Shown: in pieces, positions 36,178 to 47,940 of the stretch | Layout of the letters: each line of letters starts with the position of its first letter | Numbering within the stretch: the first letter of the stretch is position 1 | Source of the DNA: Mobula hypostoma | Lineage: Eukaryota | DNA: 64,000 bases | Reading direction: 5' to 3' | Assembly: GCF_963921235.1 (NCBI RefSeq) | Contig: NC_086097.1 | Coordinates: forward strand, 75,456,001-75,520,000 | Notes under the pieces: generated by a model | Database searches by the model: none | Told to the model about the DNA's origin: nothing | Seen by the model: the letters and a program-made list of their open reading frames with translations, nothing else | Position numbers and translations under genes: made by a program

Positions 36178-39035
36178 AGAAGAACGTAAGAAATAGGAGC
36201 AGGAGTAGGCCATCCGGCCTATCGAGCCTGCCCTGCCATTCAATAAGATCATGGCTGATCTGTCAGTAAACTCAGCTCCATCTACCTGCCTTTTCCCCAT
36301 AAACCTTAATTCCCCTACTATGTAAAAATCTATATAAATGCATCTTAAATATATTTAGTGAAGAAGCCTCAGCTGCTTCCCTGGGCAGAGAATTCCACAG
36401 ATTCACCACTCTCTGGGAAAAACAGTTTCTCCTTATCTCCATCCTAAATCTTCTCCCCTGAATCTTGAGGCAATGTCCCCTAGTTCTAGTCTCACTTACC
36501 AATGGAAACAGCTTTCCTACTTCTATCTTATCTATCCCTTTCAAAATTTTGTATGTTTCTATAAGATTCCCTCTCATTCTTCTGAATTCCAGACAGTATA
36601 GTCCCAGGTGACTCAATCTCTCCTCATAGGTTAACCCCTTCATCCTTGGAATCAACCTGGTGAACCTCCTCTGCACTGCCTCCAAAGCCAGTGTATCCTT
36701 CCTCAAATATGGAGACCAGAACTGCACACAGTACTCCAGGTGTGGCCTCACCAGTACCCTGTATATTTGCAGCATGACCTCCCTGCTCTTGAATTCAATC
36801 CCTCTAGCAATGAAGGCCAACATTCTGTTTGCCTTCTTAATAATCTGTTGTATCTGCAAACCAACTTTTTGTGATTCATGGACAAGCACTCCCAAGTCCC
36901 TCTGCACAACAGCGTGCTGCAAATTTTCACCATTTAAATAATGATCTGCTTTTCTATTATTCCTTCCAAAGTGGATGATCTCACATTTACCAACATTGTA
37001 TTCCATCTGCCAGACCTTGGCCCACTCATTTAACCTATCTATATCCCTCTGCAGACTCTCCACATCCTCTGTACAACTTGCTTTTCCACTCAGTTTAGTG
37101 TCATCAGCAAATTTTACTACACTACACTCAGTCCCCTCTTCCAAATCATCAATGTAAATGGTAAACAGCTGCAGGCCCAGCACCAACCCCTGCGGCACCC
37201 CACTCACCACCGACTGCCAACCAGAGAAACACCCATTTATACCAACTCTCTGCCTTCTATTAGTTAACCAATCCACTATCCATGCCAATACACTTCCTCC
37301 AACTCCATGCATCTGTATCTTATAAATAAGTCTCTTGTGCGGCACCTTATCGAATGCCTTCTGGAAATCCAAGTATACAACATCCACCTGTTTCCCTCTA
37401 TCCACTGCACTCATTATGTCCTCGAAGAACTCCAGTAAGTTTATCAAACAGGATCTGCCCTTTCTGAATCCATGCTGTGTCTGCCTAATGAAACCACTCC
37501 TTTCTAAATGTTACGCTATTTCTTCCTTAATGACAGCTTCAAGCATTTTCCTGACTATAAATGTTAAGCTAACTGGCCTATATTTGCCCGTCTTTTGCCT
37601 ACATCCTTTTTTAAAAAGAGGCGTGACATTTGCTGTCTTCCAGTCCACCAGGACCTGACCAGAGTCTAGAGAATTTTGGTAAATGATTACCAACGTGTCT
37701 ACTATAACCTCCGGCAATTCCCTCAGCACCCTGGGATGCATCCCATCAGGACCAGGGGACTTATCTGCCTTCAGGCCATCTAGTTTTCTCATCACTATCT
37801 CTTTAGTGACGGTGATTTTATCGAGGTCCTCACCTTCCAGTTGGTCCATTACATCATTCTTTGGCATATTAGACGTATCCTCCACCGTGAAGACCAACAC
37901 AAAATAGTCATTTAATGCCTCAGCCACTTCCTTATCACCCAATATCAATTTCCCCTTCTCATCTTCCAAGGGACCTACGTTGACTTTAGCCACCCTCTTC
38001 CACTTTAGATATTTATAGAAACTTTTGCTATCTGTTTTTATATTTTGTGCTGATTTACTTGCATACTCTATCTTCCCTTTCCCTATTTCTTGTTTTGTTG
38101 TTCTTTGTTGCTTTTTAAAGTTTTCCCAATCCTCCAGTCTCCCACTACTCTTTGCAACTTTGTACACATGAGCTTTTAATTTGATACTATTTTTTATTTC
38201 CTCAGTCATCCAAGGCTGGCTCTCCCCAAACCTACTGTCCTTACTTTTGACTGAAATATACTTTGTTGAGCACTGAGAAAAATCTCTTTGGAAGTATTCG
38301 ACTGTTCCTCAACCGTCCTACCAAATAGCCTGTGCTCCCAATCCACATTACCAAACTCCTCCCTCATCCTGTTGTAGACTCCCTTGTTCAAGCATAATAC
38401 ACTAGTTTTAGATCTAACTATTTCATCCTCCATCTGTACGCAAAGTTCAATCATACTATGATCACTTTTTCCCAGAGGATTCCTTAATACAAGATCGTTA
38501 ATGTTACCTGTCTCATTGCACAGGACTAGATCTAAGACAGCATTTTCCCTTGTAGGTTCACTAACATGCTGCTCAAGAAAGCCATCATGGATGCATTCTA
38601 TGAAGTCCTACTCAAGACTTCCTTGACCAACCTGATTCACCCCCAATCTACTTGGAAGTTAAAATCCCCCATGACAACTGCCGTTCCGTTCTTACAAGCC
38701 TCAGTTATTTCTTGGATAATCGCCTCTGCCACTGCAATATTTTTATTAGGTGGCCTATAGACAAGTCCCACCACTGATTTTTTCCCTTTACTGTTCCCAA
38801 TCTCTACCCAGATGGACTCAACATTCTGCTCCGTAGATCTTATATCATCTCTCATAATCGCCCTGATCTCATCCTTAACTAAGAGCGCCACCCCACCTCC
38901 TTTGCCTTCCTGCCTATCTTTTCGTATTACCTGATATCCTTGGATATTTAAATCCCAGTCATCTCCACCTTGCAACCGGGTTTCTGTAATGGTCACGAAA
39001 TCATATGCCTTGGTACTGATCTGTGCCACAAGTTC
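36178..39035 (-). mobile_element. CR1 LINE, 5'-truncated within APE, frameshifted ORF2
   Basis: APE: ITET, GGGVAL, VYRPP, MGDFN. RT: KSPGPDG, YRPVSLT, DFQKAFD, GVPQG, KFADDTK. C-terminal LVRPHLEYC, then 3' UTR. Confidence 0.93.
36272..37447 (-). pseudogene. CR1 reverse transcriptase (391-aa open segment)
   Basis: RT motifs are intact but separated from the upstream ORF2 segments by a stop or frameshift. Confidence 0.9.
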
Positions 39036-39519
39036 ACAAGTTTAGATTGTTTTTCTGTTTCAAGAAGTACATTCATATGCACTTTTTAAACTAAATTTAA
39101 TATCCTATTGTCACTTGTAGTTACAATTCTATATTAATATTTCTCTTTAAAATGTGGATTCAGAGAATTATAATAGAAAAGCATTATGTGAATTTCTTCC
39201 TGTCACTTATGTGAAAAGGCAATGGCCAAAAGGTGGCATGCTGTCATAGGTTCATCACAAAGGCACTCAGAATGCAAAATGAAACTTATAATTTCTTTAT
39301 CAATGATATTACTGACCATATTAAAAAGTTGAGAGAATAACACTTTTCCTTAAAAGTGTATAAATATCACAATCTGATTTGGGTAATACTGAAAGCATCC
39401 CTTTATCCAAATATGCAAAAAAAAAATTGCAGATATTGGAAATCTAGTTTAAAACTAGAATTACTCAGCAGGTCATCATTTAAGAAGTCATCTGCTCAAA
39501 ATAATAACTCTGCTTGTCT

Positions 39520-40430
39520 TTGGCCAGATCAAAGTTGGTGACAATTCAGCATATTGGAGGGAGATTGAAAATCTGGCTGAGTGGTGCCACAGCAACAAAC
39601 TCTCACTCAATGTCAGCAAGACCAAGGAGCTGATAATTAAACTCAGGAAAAGGAGATTGGAGATCCATGAGCCAGTCCTCACCATAGGAATCAGAGTTGG
39701 CGAGGGTCAGCAACTTTAAATTCCTCGGTGTTATCTTCACAGAATCTGTCACAGACTGTGAGTACCATTACAAGGAAAGCACGACAGTGCCTCCACTTCC
39801 TTAGAAATTTGCAAAGATTTGACATGACATCAAAAACATTGACAAACTTCTATAGATGGTTGGTAGGGATTATATTGACTATTTGCATCATGGCCAGGTA
39901 TGGAAACACCAATACTCTTAATGGAAAACTTCCACAAGAAGTAGTGCATTCAGCCTAGTTCATCAAGGGTGAAGTCCTCCCAACCATTAAGCACATCTAT
40001 ATGGACTGCGGTCATAGGAAAGCAGCATCCATCATCAAGGACCCACGCCATGGTGCCATGCTTCAGGACCCCTGCCACTAAGTGAGGAACAGCTATTACC
40101 CCTCATCAATCAGGCTTGTGAACCATAGCTCAACTTCACTCTCCCCATCACTGAAATGTTCCCACAATCTGTGGACTCACTTTCAAGGACTCTTCATCGT
40201 GTATTCACAATATTTATCGCTTATTTATTTGTTATTATTATTCTTCGTATTTGCAGCTTGTTGTCTTTTGCACTTTAATTGTTTGTCCGTCCTGTTGGAT
40301 GCGGTCGTTCGTTGATTCAATTGTGCTTCTTGGATTAACTGTGTATGCCCGCAAGAAAATGAATCTCAGAGTTGTATATGGTAACATATATGTACTTTGA
40401 TAATAAATTTACCTTGAATTATGAACTTTG
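39520..40430 (+). mobile_element. Rex1/Babar LINE 3' fragment
   Basis: WCHSNKLSLNVSKTKEL and KARQCLHFLR..KTLTNFYR motifs. Ends gataataaatttaccttgaa-tgaactttga. Confidence 0.8.
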
Positions 40431-40481
40431 AGCTTAATTTTGTTTCTCTCTCCTCAGATGAGTATTTCTTTCCATTTCTGT

Positions 40482-41294
40482 TTGTGGATTCCAGTTAACT
40501 GAGACATATCGGGACCAGATCATTTTGGCCCAATTAAATGACTGCCCAAATTTCATGGAAATGGTTTAAAAGATATAAAAAATGGCCAACTACCATTTAA
40601 CTAAGTAACAAATTACCTAGTTAAATGAAATAGAGAACATAACAATCAATACTACTATAATACATTAAAACTGTGTATTAGTTCCTGATAATTATCAACA
40701 GAGGTGTACTCTGCCACATTCTTTTGATTGACTATAAATGAACAAAATCAGCACAGATATCTGGTGTTGATAATTGTCTGCCATCATACAATGCTATCAA
40801 TAATTGCATCCTCCAAATCCTCATTTTCATTGTAACATTCAAAATGATTGTTAGTACCTTCAGTGTAGTTCCTAACTCGTTGAATTAGTGAAGTCATTTC
40901 ATTTTCAGTCCTGGCTGTTTCTGGCATCTCCAAGCCTGAATGTTTGAAACCGCAGAGAGCAAAACATTTTTGAATTGCTTTCCTACTTATTTCTTGCCAA
41001 ATTTCAGTGACAAAAATCACTGCTTTTTGAACACAATCATACTCAGCTGGCACTATTTAAAAGCTGTTCACTCTAAGCACAGTGTAGTGTCAAATGGTCA
41101 CACAAGGGACATGTCCGACACTAGTTAGGAAATGTTCAGAAACTGTTTCCTGCTCCAATTAAGTAGCATAGTGTCCAAAATAAATGAAGAAAATCCCAGA
41201 TATTTTCTCGATTTGGTTTTGTTAACTTTAAGAGTTGTCCCAAATAAGTGGCTGCCTGGAATTAACCGAAGGCCCAATTAACTGGAATCAACTA
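40482..41294 (-). mobile_element. Tigger/pogo (Tc1-mariner) deleted DNA transposon
   Basis: Inverted termini gtggattccagttaa (40484-40498) / ttaactggaatcaac (41278-41292). ORF remnant AVIFVTEIWQEISRKAIQKCFALCGF resembles the pogo DDE C-terminal 'AW..V...I.NCF.K.GF' motif. Confidence 0.75.
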
Positions 41295-41751
41295 TATGAA
41301 AAATTTTTAGTATATTTATTGTTTTTTTTTACTTGAAGACTTTTGCTTCTCCCTGAACACTGGGTTTCTGTATTAATAAGAGCTATGATCTCAGAAAAAG
41401 AATTTTATTCTGCATTCAGAGCTTGTGTGGTACTCATAGCATCATGTGCTTTAAGGGTCTGTTTAACGCAGGAGCAAGGACAGCAGGGCATAATTCAAAG
41501 ACAAATATGACAACCCAATTATCAAAATACCTTATAGTGTTTTAAGTTTTTAAGTGCAATAACTATTAGATGAGTAATTAAATAACAAATTCCCAAAGCT
41601 TCTATCAAACAAATTTATACTGATGTGTTTCCATCTATAAAAGTGAATATTACTGAGAAAAATATTCCCAATGATCTTAGACACCTGCTTGGCATCTGCT
41701 ATGTAATCCAAAGATTATAGAAGGTTTATTAAGAGAGAATACATTTTATAT

Positions 41752-43267
41752 TGTCATGGTCTGGTCTGTGAAGTCAGCATTCCGGTTCACGGTTCGATCC
41801 GTGGACTCAGGACCTTCCAGCTGTCCCTCATTTGGTTGAGTTTATCAGAGACACCTGATTCTCATCTTTGGGCTTGGAATATAAGTAGCCTTGGGGTTGA
41901 ATGTGAGTGGCTGGTTTGTCTTGTCAGTTCTTCTGGGAGCAACCTGCTGGTGGAAGGCTAGAGCGGCCACTTGTCATCTTTAGGCTGTGCTGGAGAACCA
42001 TTGCTTCATGGAGCCTTGCCTTCGGTGATTGGAGCTGTCTCTGCGGTATAGGTTTGGCTATTTCCTGGGCCAGCTGAATGGCTGCCAGCCACTCCAAGCT
42101 AGGTAGGGATCCAACTGTTTCTGTAGCCAGCTGAGGTTGCTGGCTGAACTGAGTCTCGGAGCTTCCCTGGAGCAGACATGGAACTATCTGTTGTTCTTTG
42201 GTGTTTGTCTCTTCTTGTCCTCATCTCTGTGGGGTAAGCCAGGCCATTTTGCTGTTGCCCTGTGGGGGGATCTGTCTTGTCTTGTCCTTGCCTCTGTTGG
42301 GTAAGTCCGGGTGTTCTGCTGTTACCTGACGGAGGGACCCGTCCCACTTTGGTGTGGAGATGAAGTTGAGTCCTGGCTTGTCTTAGGATAAATCCTGGCT
42401 CTATATTTATGCTCTGTCCTGTCTCATGTTAGTGTCGTGTTAAAGATGAGTCCCGGCTTGTCGAAGGATAAATCCTGGCTCTATGTTGATGTTTGGTTAC
42501 CAGTCTGTCTCTGAGCCCCAAGGCCCCAAGCCTCGAGGATCCCGGGGCCAGGCCCCAAGGCCCCAAGCCTCGAGGATCCCGGGGCCAGGCCCCAAGGCCC
42601 CAAGCCTCGAGGATCCCGGGGCCAGGCCCCAAGGCCCCAAGCCTCGAGGATCCCGGGGCCAGGCCCCAAGGCCCCAAGCCTCGAGGATCCCGGGGCCAGG
42701 CCCCAAGGCCCCAAGCCTCGAGGATCCCGGGGCCAGGCCCCAAAGCCCCAAGCCTCGAGGATCCCGGGGCCAGGCCCCAAGGCCCCAAGCCTCGAGGATC
42801 CCGGGGCCAGGCCCCAAGGCCCCAAGCCTCGAGGATCCCGGGGCCAGGCCCCAAGGCCCCAAGCCTCGAGGATCCCGGGGCCAGGCCCCAAGGCCCCAAG
42901 CCTCGAGGATCCCGGGGCCAGGCCCCAAGGCCCCAAGCCACGAGGATCCCGCAGTCAAGCTCAGACCTCTAGACCCCAGCCACATCCTGTCCTGAAGCCA
43001 TGTCATGTCCTTGCCTGGTTCTGGGGTCTGAGCCCGAGGCAAGACCCAGGTTCTGGGTCCTTGTTCAACCTCAGGCTCGGAGTCCAAGTCTTGCCTCCTG
43101 GTCTAGGGTTCCTAGTCCTGGTCCCGCTTTCCCTAGCCCAAGTCTGCGCTCTTGTCCCTGCTCCTGGTCTGAATCTTGTCACGTCCCTACACTAGCCAAG
43201 TCCTGTTCCTTGTACTTCAGTGTCTGTGTCTCTCATTTGGGTCCGTTCCCAGCACTCCATTGTGACA
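41752..43267 (+). mobile_element. solo LTR (Gypsy-type)
   Basis: tgtca...tgaca termini and 5-bp TSD tatat (41747-41751, 43268-43272). Both ends are homologous to the LTRs at 59083 and 60461. TATA-like tataag near 41880. Confidence 0.85.
42515..42951. repeat. 37-bp GC-rich minisatellite, about 11.8 copies
   Basis: Unit gccccaaggccccaagcctcgaggatcccggggccag. Only two substitutions were seen across the array. Confidence 0.97.
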
Positions 43268-45439
43268 TATATATATTATATTTTGAATTTTAATTGCTGA
43301 TTACATTTAAAAATATTCATATGCTTGCTCCTAAGTGATGCAAATTATCGTACCTCAAACCTATCTGTAAGGTAGCATCTCTTTCCTCAATCCCAATTGA
43401 ATTATTTTTTAAAAGATCAGTATATAAAATGTTAAATCTCTTTGGAAGTAAGGAATAGCAGAAGAGTTTTGGAGGGGAAATGGGGCTCTGGCCTCTTGGA
43501 AAGGGAAGCTACAAGGAAAAGTAGCTGGTAGACGAGATAAATTTCTGTAGTATGAGACAGAACAATGATGGAGTGTAGAGGTGAGGTGATTGTGATCTCG
43601 AGCATTTGCCTTGGATTTTCTGGCCCTTTGAGGATAAGATTCCATATATCTCTCCACTCAGAGCTCTGGTATAAAACCCAAAAATATTGGAAATTATTCT
43701 CCTCTTTGCTCCATTAATCTTCAGTGTGTGTCAGGTCAAACTTGCTTCCAACGAGACTGGCAGCAACTCCTCAGGCTGCAGGGCATCTCCTTACTACATG
43801 CTACTGGCTGGCAGTCAGTTGTAGCAAGACATAACTGGAGCTGGCAAGTCAACTTTCTGGTACCTCATTTATTCTAGTAACCACTTTTTGGCTGATGAAC
43901 TCAGTGAAATAAGTAGGTAGTACAAGCTTATAGATAGCCTTTTCAGGATTTTCCTTTTAGTTTAGCTCGACAGCGTCCTGAGACAGCTACTATTCAACAT
44001 ACACACCCAAATTTTCAGATCATCACAGATTGAGATTGAATTTTTATATGCTATTCTATTTACAAGATATTTAAATGGTCTGTGATTTGAATATACAATG
44101 AAACATGAAAATGTTTGTACTGTTGATGTAGAAATGGTGGTCATGGTAATGGAGTTGCCATGGTTACCACCGGTGGATACTGATGATGAATAGGTGCTTC
44201 TTTTGTTTCTAAAATATTTTTAAATTGGTGAACTGCTGTGAAGAAAATAGTTCTGTCTACATTATCATTTTGTCTGTGTTAAGATATTTAAACTAAACAA
44301 AACAGATGGCATGTTGAGTATTATAAAAGATGCATTTACTGTAAAATTCTTAACAAAGCAAATATGAAGTAAAGGTATTCCTATCTACTGTTAGATATTG
44401 TTTTCATAGAACATGTTTAGTTCCCCAGCACATTGAGGACCCTGCACTTCTTGATGCTAATGCTTGCTGGGATTACAGTTATGATGTATAGTTTTCCTGC
44501 AAATCAATCAATGGTTTGATTGGTTAAATCATTATCAGACCCACTGAATTTCACTTCACCATTTTTTGTTGGGATTTGCTTCAAGATTCATAAAATAGAA
44601 TATATTATTCTCTATAACTGTCCTATAAATCAAGAGAATATATTAAACATCAATGAATACTTTATATATACTGCAGAGGGAAGAAAAATTGGGATTTCAC
44701 CTAAATGGAAGGTCTCCGATTGTCTACTTGAATCCATATAATATATTAATTTGGAAATTGTATCCATAGGCCTCTTTAGTGCCTCCTGGCATGATATAAT
44801 GAAGTGGTTCACTTCTATCCTTGACAGCCTCTTGTCATGACAACACAGAACATCTTGAATAGACAAGATGGACAAGATATTAGCTCTGTTGGGTTGAGTG
44901 AGTGTATTCCAAGGTTAAAGATCTTTAATTTGGCAAGCACTAATTTAAATTACAAAAATAAATGGTGAAGTGAACTTCACTGAACCTGATATTGTGTGAA
45001 GTAATCTTACAGGATGTTGGATTGCTTTAAAAACCTAAACAACTGACAAATAACAGGGAAGGGAACATGGCTGGGCCATCATGCAGCTCTAGAACCAGGC
45101 AACGTGGATTAACATTATCTGACAAATGACTTATTAAATCTGTAAGTATTTTCTTGGCATTGTAGTTCACAGAGCTGGAACAGAAGTAAAAATAAACTTA
45201 CAATCAAGGAGCTTTCAGTGTTCACCAAGATATTTAAAAACGGGACCATTTCCTTCCAGCTACACAAACTAAGATCTAATATAATCATCAATTTATTCAC
45301 ACATTAAAGGCACAGACTTATAATTCTGCAATAGGCAGCAGTGGTCTGATTCCTCTTTCATTTCAGATGTGATTTTTCTCTTCATAAAGTAATTCTTACA
45401 ATAGCAATTGTGAAGATCTCATTTTACTATTAAAATGGG

Positions 45440-45750
45440 CACAACTCAAGGATGTGTGCTTAGCCCACTGCTCTACTCTCTCTACAGTCATATCATACAT
45501 AACTTTGCAGAAGACTCCACTGTTGTTGGCAGAATCTCAAATGATAACAAGGAGGCATACTGGAATGAGATAGGTTGGCTGATTAAGTGATGTCACAATA
45601 ACTGCCTCACATGTAATATCTGGAAGTCCAAAGAAACTGATTGTGGCCTTCAGGAAGGGGTAGTCTAGAGCACACACACTAATCTTCACTGTGGGGCCAA
45701 CGGTGGAAAGAGTGAACTGCTTCAAGTCCCTTGTCATCAACATGCACTGG
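45440..45750 (+). mobile_element. Rex1/Babar RT fragment
   Basis: GTTQGCVLSPLLYSLY and VERVNCFKSL motifs. Confidence 0.7.
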
Positions 45751-46130
45751 AGAAGCAATGGCAGAAGGAATCAACGCAAGACCCCTTGGTCACTCGCGAT
45801 GTTAGTGATCAAATGTTTGGACACCAGTCTTCTAAAGATGTGTACTGTGATGAAAACAAGTAGTACAATTCCCTAAGTGCCAGAATTTCTTGCTGAGAGT
45901 TTCCTGTTTCTAACTTCTTCTCTGTTGATTTCTCACTGTGGATATTACTTAATGTGCTTACGCTGCAATTACCTTAAATCAGTGATACACACTATTGATC
46001 ATATTTTACAGTGATAGTCATAGGGACATAGTAAATAGCAGGAGTAGGCCATTCAGCCCCAATAAGATCACAGCTGCTCTACCTGTACCAAGGACATATC
46101 CCTTAATATTCAAAATTACATCAATTACTG

Positions 46131-46774
46131 AACACCTATGCTCTGTCCGCCAGAGAAAGCAGGATCTCCCAGTAGCCACCCATTTTAATTCCATGTCCCA
46201 TTCCCATTCTGATATGTCTATCCACGGCCTCCTCTACTGTAAAGATGAAGCTACACTCAGGTTGGAGGAACAACACCTTATATTCCGTCTGGGTAGCCTC
46301 CAACCTGATGGCATGAACATCGACTTCTCTAACTTCCGCTAATGCCCCACCTTCCCCTCGTACCCCATCCATTATTTATTTATATATACACATTCTTTTT
46401 CTCTCTCTCCTTTTTCTCCCTCTGTCCCTCTCACTATACCCCTTGCCCATCCTCTGGGTTTCCCCCCCTCCCCTTTTTCTTTCTCCCTGGGCCTCCTGTC
46501 CCATGATCCTCTCATATCCCTTTTGCCAATCACCTGTCCAGCTCTTGGCTCCATCCCTCCCCCTCCTGTCTTCTCCTATCATTTTGGATCTCCCCCTCTC
46601 CCTCCCACTTTCAAATCTCTTACTAACTTTTCCTTCAGTTAGTCCTGACGAAGGGTCTCGGCCTGAAACGTCGACTGTACCTCTTCCTAGAGATGCTGCC
46701 TGGCCTGCTGCGTTCACCAGCAACTTTGTGTGTTGCTTGAATTTCCAGCAACTGCAGAATTCCTCGTGTTTGCG
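46131..46774 (+). mobile_element. Penelope-like element 3' portion (GIY-YIG C-terminus plus pLTR)
   Basis: 10-bp TSD tcaattactg (46121-46130, 46775-46784). Encodes EHLCSV..PVATHFN..H..RLEEQHLIFRLGSLQPDGMN up to the stop at 46342. Pyrimidine-rich UTR, then hammerhead. Confidence 0.92.
46641..46676 (+). ncRNA. minimal type I hammerhead ribozyme
   Basis: AGUC-CUGACGA-AGG(GUCUCGG)CCU-GAAA-C-GUC-GACU. Intact core with palindromic ACGU helix III; predicted cleavage after 46672. Confidence 0.82.
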
Positions 46775-47384
46775 TCAATTACTGTCTTGATTTTTCCTGG
46801 TGATGGTATTTCACAACCTTCTTGAGAAAAGATTCCAAAGACTCCTATCCCTTTGAGTGAAGAAATAACTTCTCATTTCACTCTTGTTTAGCCAAGCCAT
46901 TATTTTTAACACTAACCAAGCAAAATATTATGCCTGCATTCACTTTGTGAAGCCCTTTAATACATTTGTATGTTGCAATATGTCCACCTGTTTATTCTCT
47001 CCTTGAAAGACGGTTCCTCTGGCTAGGAATCAAATGCTTTATTGCACTCCCTTTCCTACCCATTCCCTTCCTTGAGTAAGAAGACCAAACCTGTGCTCAC
47101 TGCTACTGGTGTAGGTTCAGCAGCATCCTATGTCGTTGTGGCTAGATAGCTTTGTTTTTGTATTCAAATTCCTCCCCCACCCCCCAGCCTCCATGTTAAG
47201 GGCCAATTCAACTCTTGCCTTCCTAAATGCTTGCAGATAATTTTTAGTGATTAATGTATAAGAACACCCAGATACCCTTGAATATCCACACGTTTTGCCT
47301 TCTCTCTATTACAAAATACTCAGCTTTTCAATTTTATTCAACCAAACTAAATATTGTCATGTTTTTCCACACTGTGGGATACGG

Positions 47385-47940
47385 TGCTGCTGCAGGTGTT
47401 TACATATTTAACTAGTAACCCAGAGGCATGAATTAACAGCATAGAAGTCCAAGTTTAAATCCAATATGGTAGCTGTGGGCTTTCAATTAGTTAGTAATCT
47501 GAAATTTTAAAAAAATCATTAATACTATTGACCATGTGCATGAACCTACCTAGTTCATCAATGCCTTTCAAGAGAGGAAGTCTACAATTCCTGACTGGAC
47601 TGGACTAGAAGAATTCAGAAACATAGAATTCAAGCCAGTTTTGATGGGATTGATGCAAAGAGGATGTTTGTGCTGACCGAAGTGCCTAGAACTGGGTACC
47701 TATGATAACAATTCAGGTCAGACTGAAATGCTGTGAGATGCCTTAACTCAAGGAATGATGAGGCTATGGAATCAACAAGTCTCTGGAATCACTGGGTGTG
47801 AGATAGTGCAGAAATATGGAGTTCAGCTTGACACTAGCTGTGATCTGATGAATGTCTGAGCAGTTTTGAATGGCTTATCCAGCTCCTAATTCTTCTTGCA
47901 TATAGTTCCAAATTCTGTAATGTGCTTGACTCTTAAACTC
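47385..47940 (+). mobile_element. old tRNA-derived SINE split by a CR1 fragment (about 47620-47900)
   Basis: actagtaacccagaggc...gtttaaatcc head, gttcatcaatgcctttcaagagaggaag core, tgtgcttgactctta continuation. Recognised from memory as a common chondrichthyan SINE. Confidence 0.45.

Larger units (their letters stand above)
46015..47370 (-). mobile_element. old CR1 3' fragment, interrupted by Penelope
   Basis: gcaggagtaggccattcagccc 3' UTR at about 46038-46060. Degenerate similarity to 36340-36990 resumes after 46785. Confidence 0.65.

Noticed and set aside
42515..42951. CRISPR array or cloning-vector polylinker (XhoI/BamHI/SmaI sites)
   Set aside because: Units are contiguous with no unique spacers and no cas genes. 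The array lies inside a TSD-flanked LTR with no other vector sequence.
42429..43087. Five overlapping 151-196 aa Pro/Gly-rich ORFs
   Set aside because: Artefact of a stop-free 37-bp repeat; the 37-aa periodicity equals three units.
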